A DNA stretch of 64,000 nt. Source: Calditrichia bacterium. GTDB lineage: Bacteria > Calditrichota > Calditrichia > JAJRVZ01. Under the pieces are notes generated by a model that was not told where the DNA came from, searched no databases, and saw nothing but the letters and a program-made list of their open reading frames with translations. Below are positions 27,816 through 38,897 of the stretch, in pieces; within the stretch, counting starts at the first letter, position 1; each line of letters starts with the position of its first letter. The translations under genes and the position numbers were made by a program. The stretch spans positions 128,001 through 192,000 of the forward strand of contig CAWCNS010000007.1 of the NCBI GenBank assembly GCA_963796965.1, given 5' to 3'.

Positions 27816-29917
27816 TTATAAGCCGGTACCCTCAATGTAGCGTATGTAGAGTTCCTGAATGCCTTGTGGGTATCCTATAATTGTCAGCCTATCTGATTCC
27901 TGTAAAATTGTTTTTCCACGAGGTATAATAATTTCTTCTTGTCGGTGGATAATAGCCACGAGACAGCCTGTGGGTAATTTAAGATGCTCAATATCTTTGT
28001 CGATAAAGTATGACGTCTCACTATCTCTATCAATACTGAGAGAAAGATAATGGTCGTCGCGTAGAAGAATTTCCTTTATATCCTGTTCATTTTTACCCAC
28101 CCGCCAACGCTCAATAAATGTGTCATCGTCAACATGTGAAGCAATCTGAGCTAAAATGCGCAGATGTTGACCAGGATTATCTTCAGGACTGGCCAGAAAA
28201 AAGAAAGCATAGATGTTTTCATGGGATGCTTCGTCCCCTAAAAATTCACTTTCCATCCCAATACAGGTCCCCACTTTACAACGAACAATTACTAATTCAG
28301 AATGATCAATTTCTGGAAGACGTAAATGCGGAAGGGCAGCCCCATGTGAAACAGGTGTAGCGCCAACCTGTGTGCCTTCTAAAAATGATTTTTTTAATTT
28401 ATCAGGTTCCACTTTTACTCTTTGTGAGAGCGTATGGGCTGCCCGCTCCACAATTTTTTCAAAAGAGATGCTATGCTCAATATCAATGAAATTGGCAGCA
28501 AGCGACGACCGAGTCAAAAGGATCATGATCGCGTAATCCTTTTTCTTTTAAAATACTGCGTAATTCACTGTCCAATCCTTGATACTGTCTCTGTCCTAAC
28601 CTGGCAAAAATATGATAGATGGCTCCTTCCCGTGCGACTTTTCCACTGCGCATAATACATATACCAAATCACGCCCAAAAGCACCAACGATAGAGAGAAT
28701 AATGATGCAATCCAGCCCATTTCAAGAATTAACCAAAGTGGGGCATAATATCCAAAAATTTGCATCCAGGGATATAAGGGTGATCGAAACCCCGGGTCAT
28801 ATGATTCGATCTTACTCTCACGCATGACGATGACAGCTAAAGAAATGAGACTGAAAATTAAAAATTGAAACGCACCGGCGAGTTTGGCAATTTTAACCGG
28901 GTCAAACAATATCAGGATCAGGATGACTATTATTACTGATAAAATGATAGAATTTACTGGTATCTGTTGCTTGGTTAACTTACGCATAAATGAAGGTGCT
29001 AAATGATCACGTCCCATTGCTAATGGATATCGGGAAGAACTTAAAATACCTGCATTAGCAACGGATAAAAACGCAAGAATGGCAGCAACCGTCATGATTA
29101 TAGCACCCCATTGTCCGGTTATGTATTGAGCGGTCGTAGCCACAGGTGTTAAATTGCCGCTCAATGCATCGGCAGGAACGCTACCGATCATGACAATAGT
29201 GCCTATAGCATATACTACTACTGCGGTTAACAATGCTAAAAACATTGCTAATGGAATGTTTTTTACGGGATTTTTCACTTCTTCAGATACACTGGCAATC
29301 TGTGATAATCCCACATAACTCACATATACCAAACCAGCAGTGGAAAATACGGCATTGAGTTCCTGATCAAAAACCCCTTTAATATTGTTTAAATTTAGAG
29401 ATAAAACACCGGTCGCCATAAACCAACTGAGCAGCAGCAATAAACCGGTAACGAATGCGGTTTGAAAAAATCCAGACTTTTTTGCACCAAAAAGATTGAT
29501 AATACCGAATATTACAGCAAACCCTATTGATATTGGTAAAAAATCAAATTCTGGGATAAACAAACTCATGTATGCGCCGATTCCGACCAGTGCGAAGGCG
29601 GTCTTTAAAATTAATGCTAACCAAATACCAATACCTCCGACCGTACCCATCAATGGGCCCATACTGCGGTCGAGGAAAAAATAGACGCCACCCGCGCGCG
29701 GCATGGCAGTGGAAAGTTCAGCTGTGCTAAATAGCGCAGGAATGACTGGAATTGCGGCAATTAAATAACTCAATACCATCAGCTGTGCCTGCCTGGGCAA
29801 AGGCTAAACCGGGTAATAGAAAAAAACCGGAAGCATTGTTGCGCCCGTACCTATTGTATAAATATTAAAAAAACTCAGTTCTTTTTTTAATTGCTTTGAT
29901 GAGCTTAGTATTGCCAT
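27816..29917 (-). CDS. APC amino-acid permease fused to PTS-EIIA and TrkA-C (RCK_C) domains (several frameshifts)
   Basis: Start MAILSSSKQLKKEL at 29917; AELSTAMPRAGG.Y, SEEVKNP, SSSRYPLAM. PTS EIIA GATPVSHGAALPHLR and HLRILAQIA; RCK_C LPTGCLVAIIHR...IPRG.T.LQESDRLTIIG. Confidence 0.8.
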
Positions 29918-30197
29918 AATTTCCTATCAATTTGATCTGTAGTATTTGTGTCTGCTAATACTAAGGTAAATTTTGAAAAAATGTAATGCAAAGAAAAAAT
30001 TAAAAATTCATATTTCTGCAATTTGGCCGGATAAAAACTTGAATTGGTTTATGCGGGTTTGCATATTACAACGATAAAAAGACAGAAAATGTTCTAAATT
30101 ATCCATACTTTTGAGACTGATTTGTTATTGATTTTGAAATGAGAAGTTGGACATTTTGCCTACACTTTTAATATTGTGATGTCAATGGAGAATTAAA

Positions 30198-30590
30198 ATG
30201 AGTGTTATACGAAAGTTTTTAGGTCCAAAATCCAAGTATGATAAAACCATACCTTATACGTATATGGCACGTGTTCCCGTGCTGGAGGGAGACAAAGACC
30301 TGTATAATTTCTATTTTGCTGATACCATCTGTGGTCTTATCGAATACCTTGATGATCACGATATTAGCCCAACAGAAGCAGAGATTTTAGGACTCTATAA
30401 AAAAGAAGAGATTCCTTTGGCTATTGAAAGTTGTATTTCTAAGGAAGGAAAGTGGCTCAGTCGGCCAGATATTTGTAGATCTCTCGAAAACCAATACCGA
30501 AACACACTTGAGGAAAAATATAAAGGGCATGTGGAGATTGGATCTTGTTCTTATGAGGATCGGGAGCGTGAGGGGAGCGGACCTTTCTAA
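30198..30590 (+). CDS. Hypothetical protein
   Basis: 130-aa ORF with RBS GGAG; no recognised motif. Confidence 0.7.
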   Translation: MSVIRKFLGPKSKYDKTIPYTYMARVPVLEGDKDLYNFYFADTICGLIEYLDDHDISPTEAEILGLYKKEEIPLAIESCISKEGKWLSRPDICRSLENQYRNTLEEKYKGHVEIGSCSYEDREREGSGPF

Positions 30591-30650
30591 TTGTCAATGA
30601 ACACTTATCAATGATCAATTGATCTACTTAATTGTTTATCTGATTTTTAA

Positions 30651-31028
30651 ACACAAAGTACACCAAGAAGGCAAAATAATAGAGTAATATTATCAACTGT
30701 AGTTTAATATAAATTTAATTGGTATTGAATATAAGATTGACAATCATGTGAGATTAAAATCCTAATATAATTTTTTGCATTCTTTGCGGTCTTTGCGTCT
30801 TTGCGTGAAAAAAACTTTAAAAAAAAATAGTATCACGAAAGACACGAAGAAGTCGTGAAGCCCACGAAGATTTTTGATTAATAATTCTGATTACAAAAAT
30901 CATTTTTAGAAAACTACAATTTAGGGAGGCACAATTTAAAGCCTAGTTATCTTTTTTAAATTTGCATCTCTGCGTGAGAAAAACAAAACACATAGAACAC
31001 AATAGGGTAGCCCTAGGGCCTCTGTGGT
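30651..31028. repeat. Cluster of nested CACAAAG / CGCAAAG / CACGAA palindromic elements
   Basis: ACACAAAGTACACCAAG, CTTTGCGGTCTTTGCGTCTTTGCGTGA, CACGAAAGACACGAAG, CTCTGCGTGAGA, CTCTGTGGT. Confidence 0.6.
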
Positions 31029-31064
31029 AATAAATTTAACTAAAAGTAAAGATGAGGAATTTAA

Positions 31065-31790
31065 ATGAAAATTATATGGATTTTTATCGCTGGAGTTTTA
31101 TTTATGAATACAATTGGATGTGGTGAATCAAATACGGTTGTAGATGAAGGAAAACTGCGTCATGTGGTTTTGTTTAAGTTTAAAGATGATGCATCTGGGG
31201 CTCAGGTAAAAGCCATTGAGACTGCTTTTCGAAATCTACCGGGTAAAATACCTGAGATTATTGATTTTGAGTGGGGAACGAATATAAGTAAGGAAGGGAA
31301 AAGTCAGGGATTTACACATTGTTTTTTAGTGACTTTTGAAGATGAAGTAGGTCGCGGTGTATATCTGCCTCATCCGGAACATAAGGCTTTTGTGGAATTG
31401 CTCGGCCCCTCCCTCGATAAAGTCCTGGTCATCGATTACAATGCACAGAAAAATATTATCTCTGAGGAGTCATATGAAACTATTGGGAAACTACGCCACG
31501 TTGTCCTTTTTAAATGGAAAGATGATACTTCTCCTGAGCAAGTTTTAACAAACGAAAAGGCATTTGCTTCCTTGCCTCGACAAATCAATACCATTAAAGC
31601 CTTTGAGTGGGGAGATGATTGTAGCGTTGAAGGATTATCTGACGGTTTTTCTCACTGTTTCCTTTTAACCTTTGATGATAATGCTGGCATTGAAACATAT
31701 CTTCCTCACCCAGCACACAAAGAATTTGGAAAGGTTATTCGTGCATCAAAGGAAAAGGTATTGGTTTTTGACTATGTTGCATCAAAATGA
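31065..31790 (+). CDS. Double Dabb (stress-responsive A/B barrel) lipoprotein
   Basis: Two copies of LRHVVLFK..., FEWG, GF.HCF.., YLPHP.HK; lipobox TIGC. Confidence 0.88.
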   Translation: MKIIWIFIAGVLFMNTIGCGESNTVVDEGKLRHVVLFKFKDDASGAQVKAIETAFRNLPGKIPEIIDFEWGTNISKEGKSQGFTHCFLVTFEDEVGRGVYLPHPEHKAFVELLGPSLDKVLVIDYNAQKNIISEESYETIGKLRHVVLFKWKDDTSPEQVLTNEKAFASLPRQINTIKAFEWGDDCSVEGLSDGFSHCFLLTFDDNAGIETYLPHPAHKEFGKVIRASKEKVLVFDYVASK

Positions 31791-31831
31791 ATCACGTGTG
31801 ACTATTCACCCCTTAATCAGAGGAATAAATA

Positions 31832-32776
31832 ATGTACCGACGAGATTTTATGAGGACAAGCGCTTTAGCATTGGGTCTTACACCAGCTCTCTGGGGATGT
31901 GGATCAAAACCGGTGAAAAATGATTCTGGATTAACATCTTACTCAAATCCTATTGCCCTGGCGACCTATTCATTCTGGCGTTTTAAAAAGGAACTTAAAT
32001 ACCCCATTGAAAAATGCATCGATCTGGCTGCAGAGATGGGATTTGATGGCGTTGATGTACTCCATATCCAGATGGATCGCGAAGATGATCAGTATTTGAG
32101 GGAATTAAAACGTCATGCATTAATTAATGGGATTGCTCTATGCGGTTTATCTATCCATCAGGGATTTGTAACACCGGATAAGGAGAAACGTCAGAAAAAT
32201 ATCGATCATACGATAAATATGATAGAAATGGCTTATAAACTTGGCATCCCGTGTATGCGTTTAAATACCGGTCGGTGGAGAACAACAAAAAGTTTTGATG
32301 AATTGATGAAAAACAGGGGGATTGAGCCACCCTTACCGGGATATAAAGAAGATGATGGGTATCCCTGGGTTGTTGAGAGTATCGAAAAATGTTTACCAAC
32401 GGCAGAAAAATGCGGCGTAACGCTTGCCCTTGAAAACCATTGGGGTTTGGGACGTACACCAGAGGGACTTATACGTATTGTAAATGAAGTTAATTCTCCC
32501 TGGTTGCAGATTTTAATGGATACAGGAAATTTTCTTGAAGATCCTTATGATAAATTAAAAATGATCGCATCTAAGACAGTATTTGTACAGGCTAAAACGT
32601 ATTATGGTGGGGGAACTTACTATACGCTTGATCTTGATTATAAACGGATCGCAAATATTTTAAAATCTGTCAATTATCGTGGATATATCTCTATTGAGTT
32701 TGAAGGTGAAGAGGATTACCGCACGGCAATTCCCAAAAGCCTGGCCTTGATGCGTAACGTTTTTAATGTAACCTGA
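31832..32776 (+). CDS. Tat-exported sugar phosphate isomerase/epimerase (xylose-isomerase-like TIM barrel, AP_endonuc_2)
   Basis: RRDF Tat motif plus LWGC; LALENHWG, MDTGNF, VQAK, YRGYISIEFEG. Confidence 0.85.
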   Translation: MYRRDFMRTSALALGLTPALWGCGSKPVKNDSGLTSYSNPIALATYSFWRFKKELKYPIEKCIDLAAEMGFDGVDVLHIQMDREDDQYLRELKRHALINGIALCGLSIHQGFVTPDKEKRQKNIDHTINMIEMAYKLGIPCMRLNTGRWRTTKSFDELMKNRGIEPPLPGYKEDDGYPWVVESIEKCLPTAEKCGVTLALENHWGLGRTPEGLIRIVNEVNSPWLQILMDTGNFLEDPYDKLKMIASKTVFVQAKTYYGGGTYYTLDLDYKRIANILKSVNYRGYISIEFEGEEDYRTAIPKSLALMRNVFNVT

Positions 32777-32833
32777 TTATAGTTGTTGGAATCGCGAATA
32801 AATTGTAATAGTCTGGATGTGGCAAGGACCTAT

Positions 32834-33013
32834 TTCCCCCTTGGAAGGGGCTGTTGCAATATCGGGTTAAATTACACAATTCTTAGTGAAGTCCCGTCAT
32901 ACGGGACTAACCCCTTTCAAAGGGGGAATTAGATTTTGCTTATTCAAGCAGCTAAACACATTTTTCTGTCAGAATTATCTAATCGGCATACCTTGGAAAA
33001 AGGGGCAGGGGAT
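32834..33013. repeat. CCCCTT..AAGGGG-family REP-like element with nested GTCCCG..CGGGAC palindrome
   Basis: TTCCCCCTTGGAAGGGG, GTCCCGTCATACGGGAC, CCCCTTTCAAAGGGGGAA, CCTTGGAAAAAGGGGCAGGGGA. Confidence 0.65.
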
Positions 33014-33080
33014 TGTATCTATCGTATTCTTGTAAATAATTTTACTTCATACTTCTTCTAACTTTCGATTTAAATTAGTT

Positions 33081-34511
33081 ATGATAAATTTTCTTCTTAT
33101 TTTTCTCAGTTTTTATCAACTCACCATGTTGACGGATGCCGATCCAGTAGAATCTTTAACACTCAATAAAAAGGCTTCCGGGTACCGCGGTATCTGGTAC
33201 ATGAATCAGCCTTCAAATGACGAATACGTATATAAATACAGTGGCGGGTTGGGAACCTATTGTGCAAAGCATCAACCTTTCGCTATCTATAATACCAAAG
33301 CGAATAAAACATATTTTTGTTACGGGGGTACTACAAAAGAAAGTAACCGTCAGTTGTTGCACATGGTATCTTATTTTGATCATGAAACCAAAATGGTACC
33401 AAAACCAACGATATTATTAAATAAAAATACCGATGATGCCCATGATAATCCGGTTATCTCCATAGATGCTGAGGGTTATATCTGGATTTTTTCTACTTCG
33501 CATGGTACATCCCGCCCATCCTATATTCATCGAAGCAGGTATCCCTATGAAATTAATGAGTTTATATTAGTTGATGCGACCAGGGTCTCAAATGGTCAAC
33601 AGATCAGGATTGATAATTTCTCCTATATGCAGGCTTGGCATTTAGAAAATCAGGGATTCTTTAATTTTTTTACTCGATATAATTATCCTACCAAACGCAC
33701 GATTTGTGCCATGACGAGTATTGATGGCATCAACTGGAGCGAATGGCAACGTTTAGCTACTATTGGTGAAGGACATTATCAGATTAGTGCTATTGGCAAT
33801 AAAAAAGCCGGCTCAGCCTTTAATTTTCATCCTTCAGGTAAGGGATTGAATTGGCGGACCAATCTATATTATTTGGAATCCAGGGATAACGGTAATTCCT
33901 GGCAAAGCGCAAATGGGAGCGATCTTAATCTTCCATTAACAGATAAGATTAATAATGCCCTTGTTAGAGAATATGAATCGGAAGGATTAAATGTCTATCT
34001 GAAAGATATATGTTACGACGATGCTGACCGGCCGATTATACTGTATTTGACCAGTAAAGGATATCAATCAGGGCCAAAAAATAATCCACGAACCTGGATG
34101 GTAGCCCGCTGGACAGGTAAGAAGTGGACTTTCAGCTCTGTAACGGTTTCTGATAATAATTATGATATGGGCTCACTCTGGATTAGGGAAGACAATTCGT
34201 GGCATATTGTAGCACCCACTGCAACGGGTCCACAGCCATATAACCCCGGGGGCGAAATTGTACATTTGCAAAGCAAAGATTTAGGCAATTCCTGGATTAA
34301 AGTTAAGCAATTAACCCAGGCAAGTATTAAAAATCACACCTATGTTCGCAGACCTCTAAATACGCACCCTGATTTTTTTGCGTTCTGGGCCGATGGCCAT
34401 GGAAGGCAACCCTCCGCTTCTGATCTCTATTTCTCAGATATAAATGGAAATGTCTATCGTCTTCCCAGGGAAATGAAAAACAATTTTGAAATGCCCGTTC
34501 AAGTGGATTAA
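33081..34511 (+). CDS. BNR-4 repeat beta-propeller secreted protein
   Basis: DAHDNPVISIDAEGYIWIF; Asp-boxes SRDNGNSW, SKDLGNSW, SIDGINW. Confidence 0.8.
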   Translation: MINFLLIFLSFYQLTMLTDADPVESLTLNKKASGYRGIWYMNQPSNDEYVYKYSGGLGTYCAKHQPFAIYNTKANKTYFCYGGTTKESNRQLLHMVSYFDHETKMVPKPTILLNKNTDDAHDNPVISIDAEGYIWIFSTSHGTSRPSYIHRSRYPYEINEFILVDATRVSNGQQIRIDNFSYMQAWHLENQGFFNFFTRYNYPTKRTICAMTSIDGINWSEWQRLATIGEGHYQISAIGNKKAGSAFNFHPSGKGLNWRTNLYYLESRDNGNSWQSANGSDLNLPLTDKINNALVREYESEGLNVYLKDICYDDADRPIILYLTSKGYQSGPKNNPRTWMVARWTGKKWTFSSVTVSDNNYDMGSLWIREDNSWHIVAPTATGPQPYNPGGEIVHLQSKDLGNSWIKVKQLTQASIKNHTYVRRPLNTHPDFFAFWADGHGRQPSASDLYFSDINGNVYRLPREMKNNFEMPVQVD

Positions 34512-34640
34512 TATCGTAGGTATCAATGATTTTTGTAGATCTGAAAGTAAGTGAAACTTCCCGTACATACATTCAGAATGTCAGATTTATCTCTTTAAAA
34601 GCCTATAGTTTGTTACAGTTATTCATAAGAAGGGAATATA

Positions 34641-35345
34641 ATGTTGAATAAGAATGCTTTAATTATTGGTAACTCCGATGGTATTGGTTTAGGACTCACC
34701 AGAGAATTACTTAATCAGGGCTGGCAAGTAAAGGGAGTTTCAAGAAGTCTCTCTCCAATCAGGGATTCAGATTATAGTCATGTTGTTGCTCAGGTCCAGG
34801 ATGTTGATTTTGATGATAACCTCCGCAGCACCTTGAAGGAAATGTCGTCTATTGATATTTGTGTTTATTGTGTGGGAATTGGAGAATTGCTAAACCTGGA
34901 AAATATGTCAGAGGAGATTAAAATAGTTGATGTGAATTTTCTTAGCATGATTAAATCTGCATCAATAATAATTCCTCACATGGTGAGGGCCGGAAAAGGG
35001 CATTTTATTGGCCTCTCCAGTGTTGCCGATGCTATGCTTTCGGAGGAAGCGCCCAGCTATCACGCATCAAAAGCAGGTTTCTCCAATTATCTTGAAAGTT
35101 TGGCTCTATCAACCAGATCGCATGGCGTATTTGTAAGCAATGTTCGATTTGGATTTGTCGATACAAAGATGGCCAAGGGTGATGTAAAGCCATTTATGAT
35201 GACAGTCGATGATGCCGTCTTACATATTTTTAAATGTATGGAGACAAAACAGGTTCGTATGACACGACCAAGAATTGTAAGCCCCTTGATTGCGTTCAGG
35301 AACCGAATGTTAAGGTTAAAAAATTTTAGAATGGTTAATATGTAA
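34641..35345 (+). CDS. SDR-family oxidoreductase
   Basis: GNSDGIG, YHASK, GFVDTKM. Confidence 0.87.
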   Translation: MLNKNALIIGNSDGIGLGLTRELLNQGWQVKGVSRSLSPIRDSDYSHVVAQVQDVDFDDNLRSTLKEMSSIDICVYCVGIGELLNLENMSEEIKIVDVNFLSMIKSASIIIPHMVRAGKGHFIGLSSVADAMLSEEAPSYHASKAGFSNYLESLALSTRSHGVFVSNVRFGFVDTKMAKGDVKPFMMTVDDAVLHIFKCMETKQVRMTRPRIVSPLIAFRNRMLRLKNFRMVNM

Positions 35346-35455
35346 AACTTAAAAAAAATATATTCTTATAATTCAAATTTATATAATCTTTTCTTGGGGC
35401 TTAGCGCCTCTGCGTGAAATTTCTTGCAGACGTGGACAAAAAATTGGATAACGAT

Positions 35456-36067
35456 ATGAGTAAAATAGATTACAAAAAAGAATTGAAACATCTGTATAAA
35501 CCATCATCTAAAATGGTTGAAATGGTAGAAGTGCCGCGCATGAATTTTATAATGATTGACGGCGAAGGAGATCCGAATACCTCGCCGACATTTGGGCAGG
35601 CTATTGAAGTGCTCTACAGTCTTTCTTATACATTGAAGTTTATGGTTAAGAAAGGTGAAATTGGTATTGATTATGGTGTTTTGCCCCTGGAGGGGCTCTG
35701 GTGGGCAGATGATATGAGAAAATTTAGTGTTGAAGATAAATCCAACTGGAAGTGGACGCTGATGATTATGCAGCCTGAATATATTGACCGGCCTCTTTTT
35801 GCGGAGGCTGTTTCCGCTGTTGATAAAAAGAAAGATTTAAAACTTCTTACCAGAGCCAGGTTTGAATCTTTAAAGGAGGGAAGGGCAGCCCAGATCATGC
35901 ATATTGGTCCATTCTCAGAAGAAGGACCAACAATAAAACGTTTGCATGATTTTATTGATGAAGGCGGTTTTATATTAACAGGTAAGCACCACGAGATATA
36001 TTTGAGCGATATCAGAAAAGCAGCACCGGAAAAATGGAAAACGATTATCCGGCAGCCCTATAAGTGA
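35456..36067 (+). CDS. GyrI-like small-molecule-binding domain protein
   Basis: MSKIDYKKELKHLY, IDGEGDPN, PLEGLWW, HIGPFSEE, HHEIYLSD. Confidence 0.88.
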   Translation: MSKIDYKKELKHLYKPSSKMVEMVEVPRMNFIMIDGEGDPNTSPTFGQAIEVLYSLSYTLKFMVKKGEIGIDYGVLPLEGLWWADDMRKFSVEDKSNWKWTLMIMQPEYIDRPLFAEAVSAVDKKKDLKLLTRARFESLKEGRAAQIMHIGPFSEEGPTIKRLHDFIDEGGFILTGKHHEIYLSDIRKAAPEKWKTIIRQPYK

Positions 36068-36196
36068 AGCAATTATAAATTTAAAATTAAGAATTATAAA
36101 TCGAGGGAAAATAATAAATAATTTATAAAATAATCTGAAATCGCTGCGTCGTTGCGGCGCTGCGTGAGAAAAGCCTACCAAAAAGGGGATTTGTAT

Positions 36197-37288
36197 TTGA
36201 AAATAAGAAGACATGACATCGATTGGTTACGGGTACAGGTTTTTGGTTTATTAATTTTTTACCATGTGGGAATGGTTTTTGTACCATGGGAATATCACAT
36301 TAAAAATAATGAAATAAGCGAGAGTCTTATATGGCCAATGTTATTTGTCAATCAATGGCGATTACCTATTCTGTTTGTAATTTCGGGGATGGGAACGCGG
36401 TTTGCACTTTCACATCGCTCAGGGAAACAATTTATACAGGAGCGTTTTGTTAGACTTGTCATTCCCCTTGTTTTTGGCATATTGTTTATTATTTCACCAC
36501 AAATATATTATGAACGATTGGCCGATGGGCAATTTTCCGGTTCATTTATTTCCTTTTATCCCCATTTCTTTGATGGTATTTATCCAAGCGGAAACTTGAG
36601 CTGGAACCATTTATGGTTTTTGCCCTATCTCTTTATCTATTCTCTGATTTTAGCACCGCTATTCCTTTTAATTAGGAACAATCCAAATTTAAAATTTCTT
36701 AAGCTGATTGATAGTCTTGTTAACAAACCTTTAGGATTACTCGTCTTTGCAATACCCTTAATGATTGTACAATACACACTCGCACCTCTTTTCCCGGTAA
36801 CCCGCAATTTATTTTATGACTGGTATGCTTTTTTTTATTACTTGTTATTATTTTTATATGGCTATCTTTTTATATCAGTTCAACAATCCTTTTGGCTTGC
36901 TTTGGACAAGACCAAATATATTGCCCTGATTGGTGGACTTATATTTTTTCCCCTAAACTTAATCTTTCACCGAACCTTGTTTGGCCCCATTCTGGATAAT
37001 CTAAATTTAATCTGCTGGATTGTGGTCATTCTTGGTTTCTCTGCACGTTATTTAAATAAGCCTAGTCCTGCTTTGAAATATGCCAACCGCGCAGTCTATC
37101 CCTTTTATATTCTTCATCAGACGATAACCCTCGCAGTTGCATTCTACATACGTGACCTTGAATGGAGCATTGGTTTGAAGTTTATTGTTTTATCTGTGGC
37201 TACCTTCGGCGGATCATGGATTATCTATGAATTATTAATTCGACGAATAAAATTCCTCGGTTTCCTCTTTGGATTAAAAAACGAGTAA
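36197..37288 (+). CDS. Acyltransferase 3 family (OpgC/MdoC-like) membrane protein
   Basis: RRHDIDWLR, WRLPILFVISG, HLWFLPYL, YPFYILHQ. Confidence 0.88.
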   Translation: MKIRRHDIDWLRVQVFGLLIFYHVGMVFVPWEYHIKNNEISESLIWPMLFVNQWRLPILFVISGMGTRFALSHRSGKQFIQERFVRLVIPLVFGILFIISPQIYYERLADGQFSGSFISFYPHFFDGIYPSGNLSWNHLWFLPYLFIYSLILAPLFLLIRNNPNLKFLKLIDSLVNKPLGLLVFAIPLMIVQYTLAPLFPVTRNLFYDWYAFFYYLLLFLYGYLFISVQQSFWLALDKTKYIALIGGLIFFPLNLIFHRTLFGPILDNLNLICWIVVILGFSARYLNKPSPALKYANRAVYPFYILHQTITLAVAFYIRDLEWSIGLKFIVLSVATFGGSWIIYELLIRRIKFLGFLFGLKNE

Positions 37289-37439
37289 TTCTGGTTGTAT
37301 CTACTTACAACATCTTCAATTACAAATTACGAATTACGGTTAATACTAATTTATAATTAAAAATGTACAATTATGAATTAGACAGATTATCTCTTTGCGG
37401 CTTGGCGTCTTTGCGTGAGAAAAAAAATAGTGAGGTCCT

Positions 37440-37943
37440 ATGATAGAAAATCAATATCCCATTGGAAAATTTAATTATACAGCCGCTCCTGATCAGAAAG
37501 AGAGAGAACGTTTAATTAATAATTTGGAGAGATTACCTTCAGATCTGGAATCAAGCGTTCAGGATTTGACTAATGAACAGCTGGACACACCATATCGGGT
37601 AGGAGGCTGGACCGTCAGACAGCTCGTTCATCATCTGGCAGATTCTCATCTCAATAGTGATGTTCGGTTTAAATGGACACTCACCGAAGATCAGCCAACC
37701 ATCAAAGATTACAATCAGAATCGATGGGCTGAAACCCCAGATATACAAAAGGCACCCCCCAATATATCGCTGTCACTACTTGAATCAATCCATCAGCGGT
37801 GGACTTATCTGCTCAAGACACTATCTGATGAGGATTTTGAGAAAGCCTTCAATCATCCGGAATCAGGCGAAATGACTTTAAACAAATCTTTGGTGTTGTA
37901 CGACTGGCATGGCCGGCATCACTTGGCTCAAATAAGGGGTTGA
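37440..37943 (+). CDS. yfiT: YfiT/BstA-family (DinB) metal-dependent thiol transferase
   Basis: YPIGKF, LDTPYR.GGWTVRQLVHHLADSH, WHGRHHLAQI. Confidence 0.87.
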   Translation: MIENQYPIGKFNYTAAPDQKERERLINNLERLPSDLESSVQDLTNEQLDTPYRVGGWTVRQLVHHLADSHLNSDVRFKWTLTEDQPTIKDYNQNRWAETPDIQKAPPNISLSLLESIHQRWTYLLKTLSDEDFEKAFNHPESGEMTLNKSLVLYDWHGRHHLAQIRG

Positions 37944-38138
37944 AAATGGGATGGTAGTGAGTGTTATTATACATTTTATTATTTTTTAAAGTTGCCGGTA
38001 ATAAAGACGAATATTATACAAATATAAATAAATCTTTAAAAAAAGTTTCAATAACGAATCTCCCCTGAAATATATTTTGATTGTGAGAGAACGAATAGCA
38101 AACTTTTTTAACAAGGATAGTAACGAAGGGAGCATGTA

Positions 38139-38687
38139 ATGATTAAATCAATTTTTATTCTTTTTATCGCTTTGATGGTATTCGGCACATTGCCGGCTTT
38201 TGGACAGGGAATTTATATCGGTGCAGGTATCGGAAACAGTTATCTTGATCTGGATCTTGAAGATGTTGGTGAAGAAGCTCAGGGGATATCTGAAAATTCC
38301 ACAGCCTATAAGTTCTTTGGTGGATACCGCGGTGAGTCTATCATTGGAATCGAGGGTGGATACCGAAACTTTGGTAATATCGAATCATCTGTTTTGGATT
38401 ATGGTGTTGAATCCAAAACAACCGGATGGGATGTGGAAGCTTTGGGACGCTTCGAGATTGCAATCGTGGATATTTTTGCCAAGGCAGGGGCGTTATTCTG
38501 GACAACAGAAAATACGGTTGCTCAAATCGACTATACAGATAAAGAAAGTGGCACTGCCTTTATGTGGGGTCTTGGTGTTGGTGTTCATCTGGGTGCCTTT
38601 GGTGTCCGCTTGGAATATGAAAAATTCCAGATAGAAGATATAAATAATCTTTCCATGTTGAGTCTTAGTGCAACCTTCGGATTTTAA
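38139..38687 (+). CDS. Outer-membrane beta-barrel protein (OmpA-like TM domain)
   Basis: Signal peptide, alternating beta-strand pattern, C-terminal Phe. Confidence 0.85.
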   Translation: MIKSIFILFIALMVFGTLPAFGQGIYIGAGIGNSYLDLDLEDVGEEAQGISENSTAYKFFGGYRGESIIGIEGGYRNFGNIESSVLDYGVESKTTGWDVEALGRFEIAIVDIFAKAGALFWTTENTVAQIDYTDKESGTAFMWGLGVGVHLGAFGVRLEYEKFQIEDINNLSMLSLSATFGF

Positions 38688-38728
38688 TCTGAATACCTCC
38701 ATTAAAATAGATGCTTGTATTTATTAGT

Positions 38729-38758
38729 AAAAGCCCCGCCTGGCGGGGCTTTTTTTTT
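38729..38758 (+). terminator. Rho-independent terminator
   Basis: AAAAGCCCCGCC-T-GGCGGGGCTTTTTTTTT. Confidence 0.9.
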
Positions 38759-38820
38759 ATCCCAGACACTCAATATCATTAAACATCTGATAAAGTATAA
38801 AAATATATTGATTTTCTTAT

Positions 38821-38835
38821 TTAGAATAATTATAA
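38821..38835. promoter_or_regulatory. PerR/Fur-box-like operator
   Basis: TTAGAATAATTATAA matches the Bacillus PerR consensus TTATAATnATTATAA at 13/14 defined positions, upstream of the peroxidase-family operon. Confidence 0.6.
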
Positions 38836-38897
38836 TTTAGGGTACTTCTATTATATCATTCCTAATATAGCAAATACCTAAATCAGGAGGATAAGAA

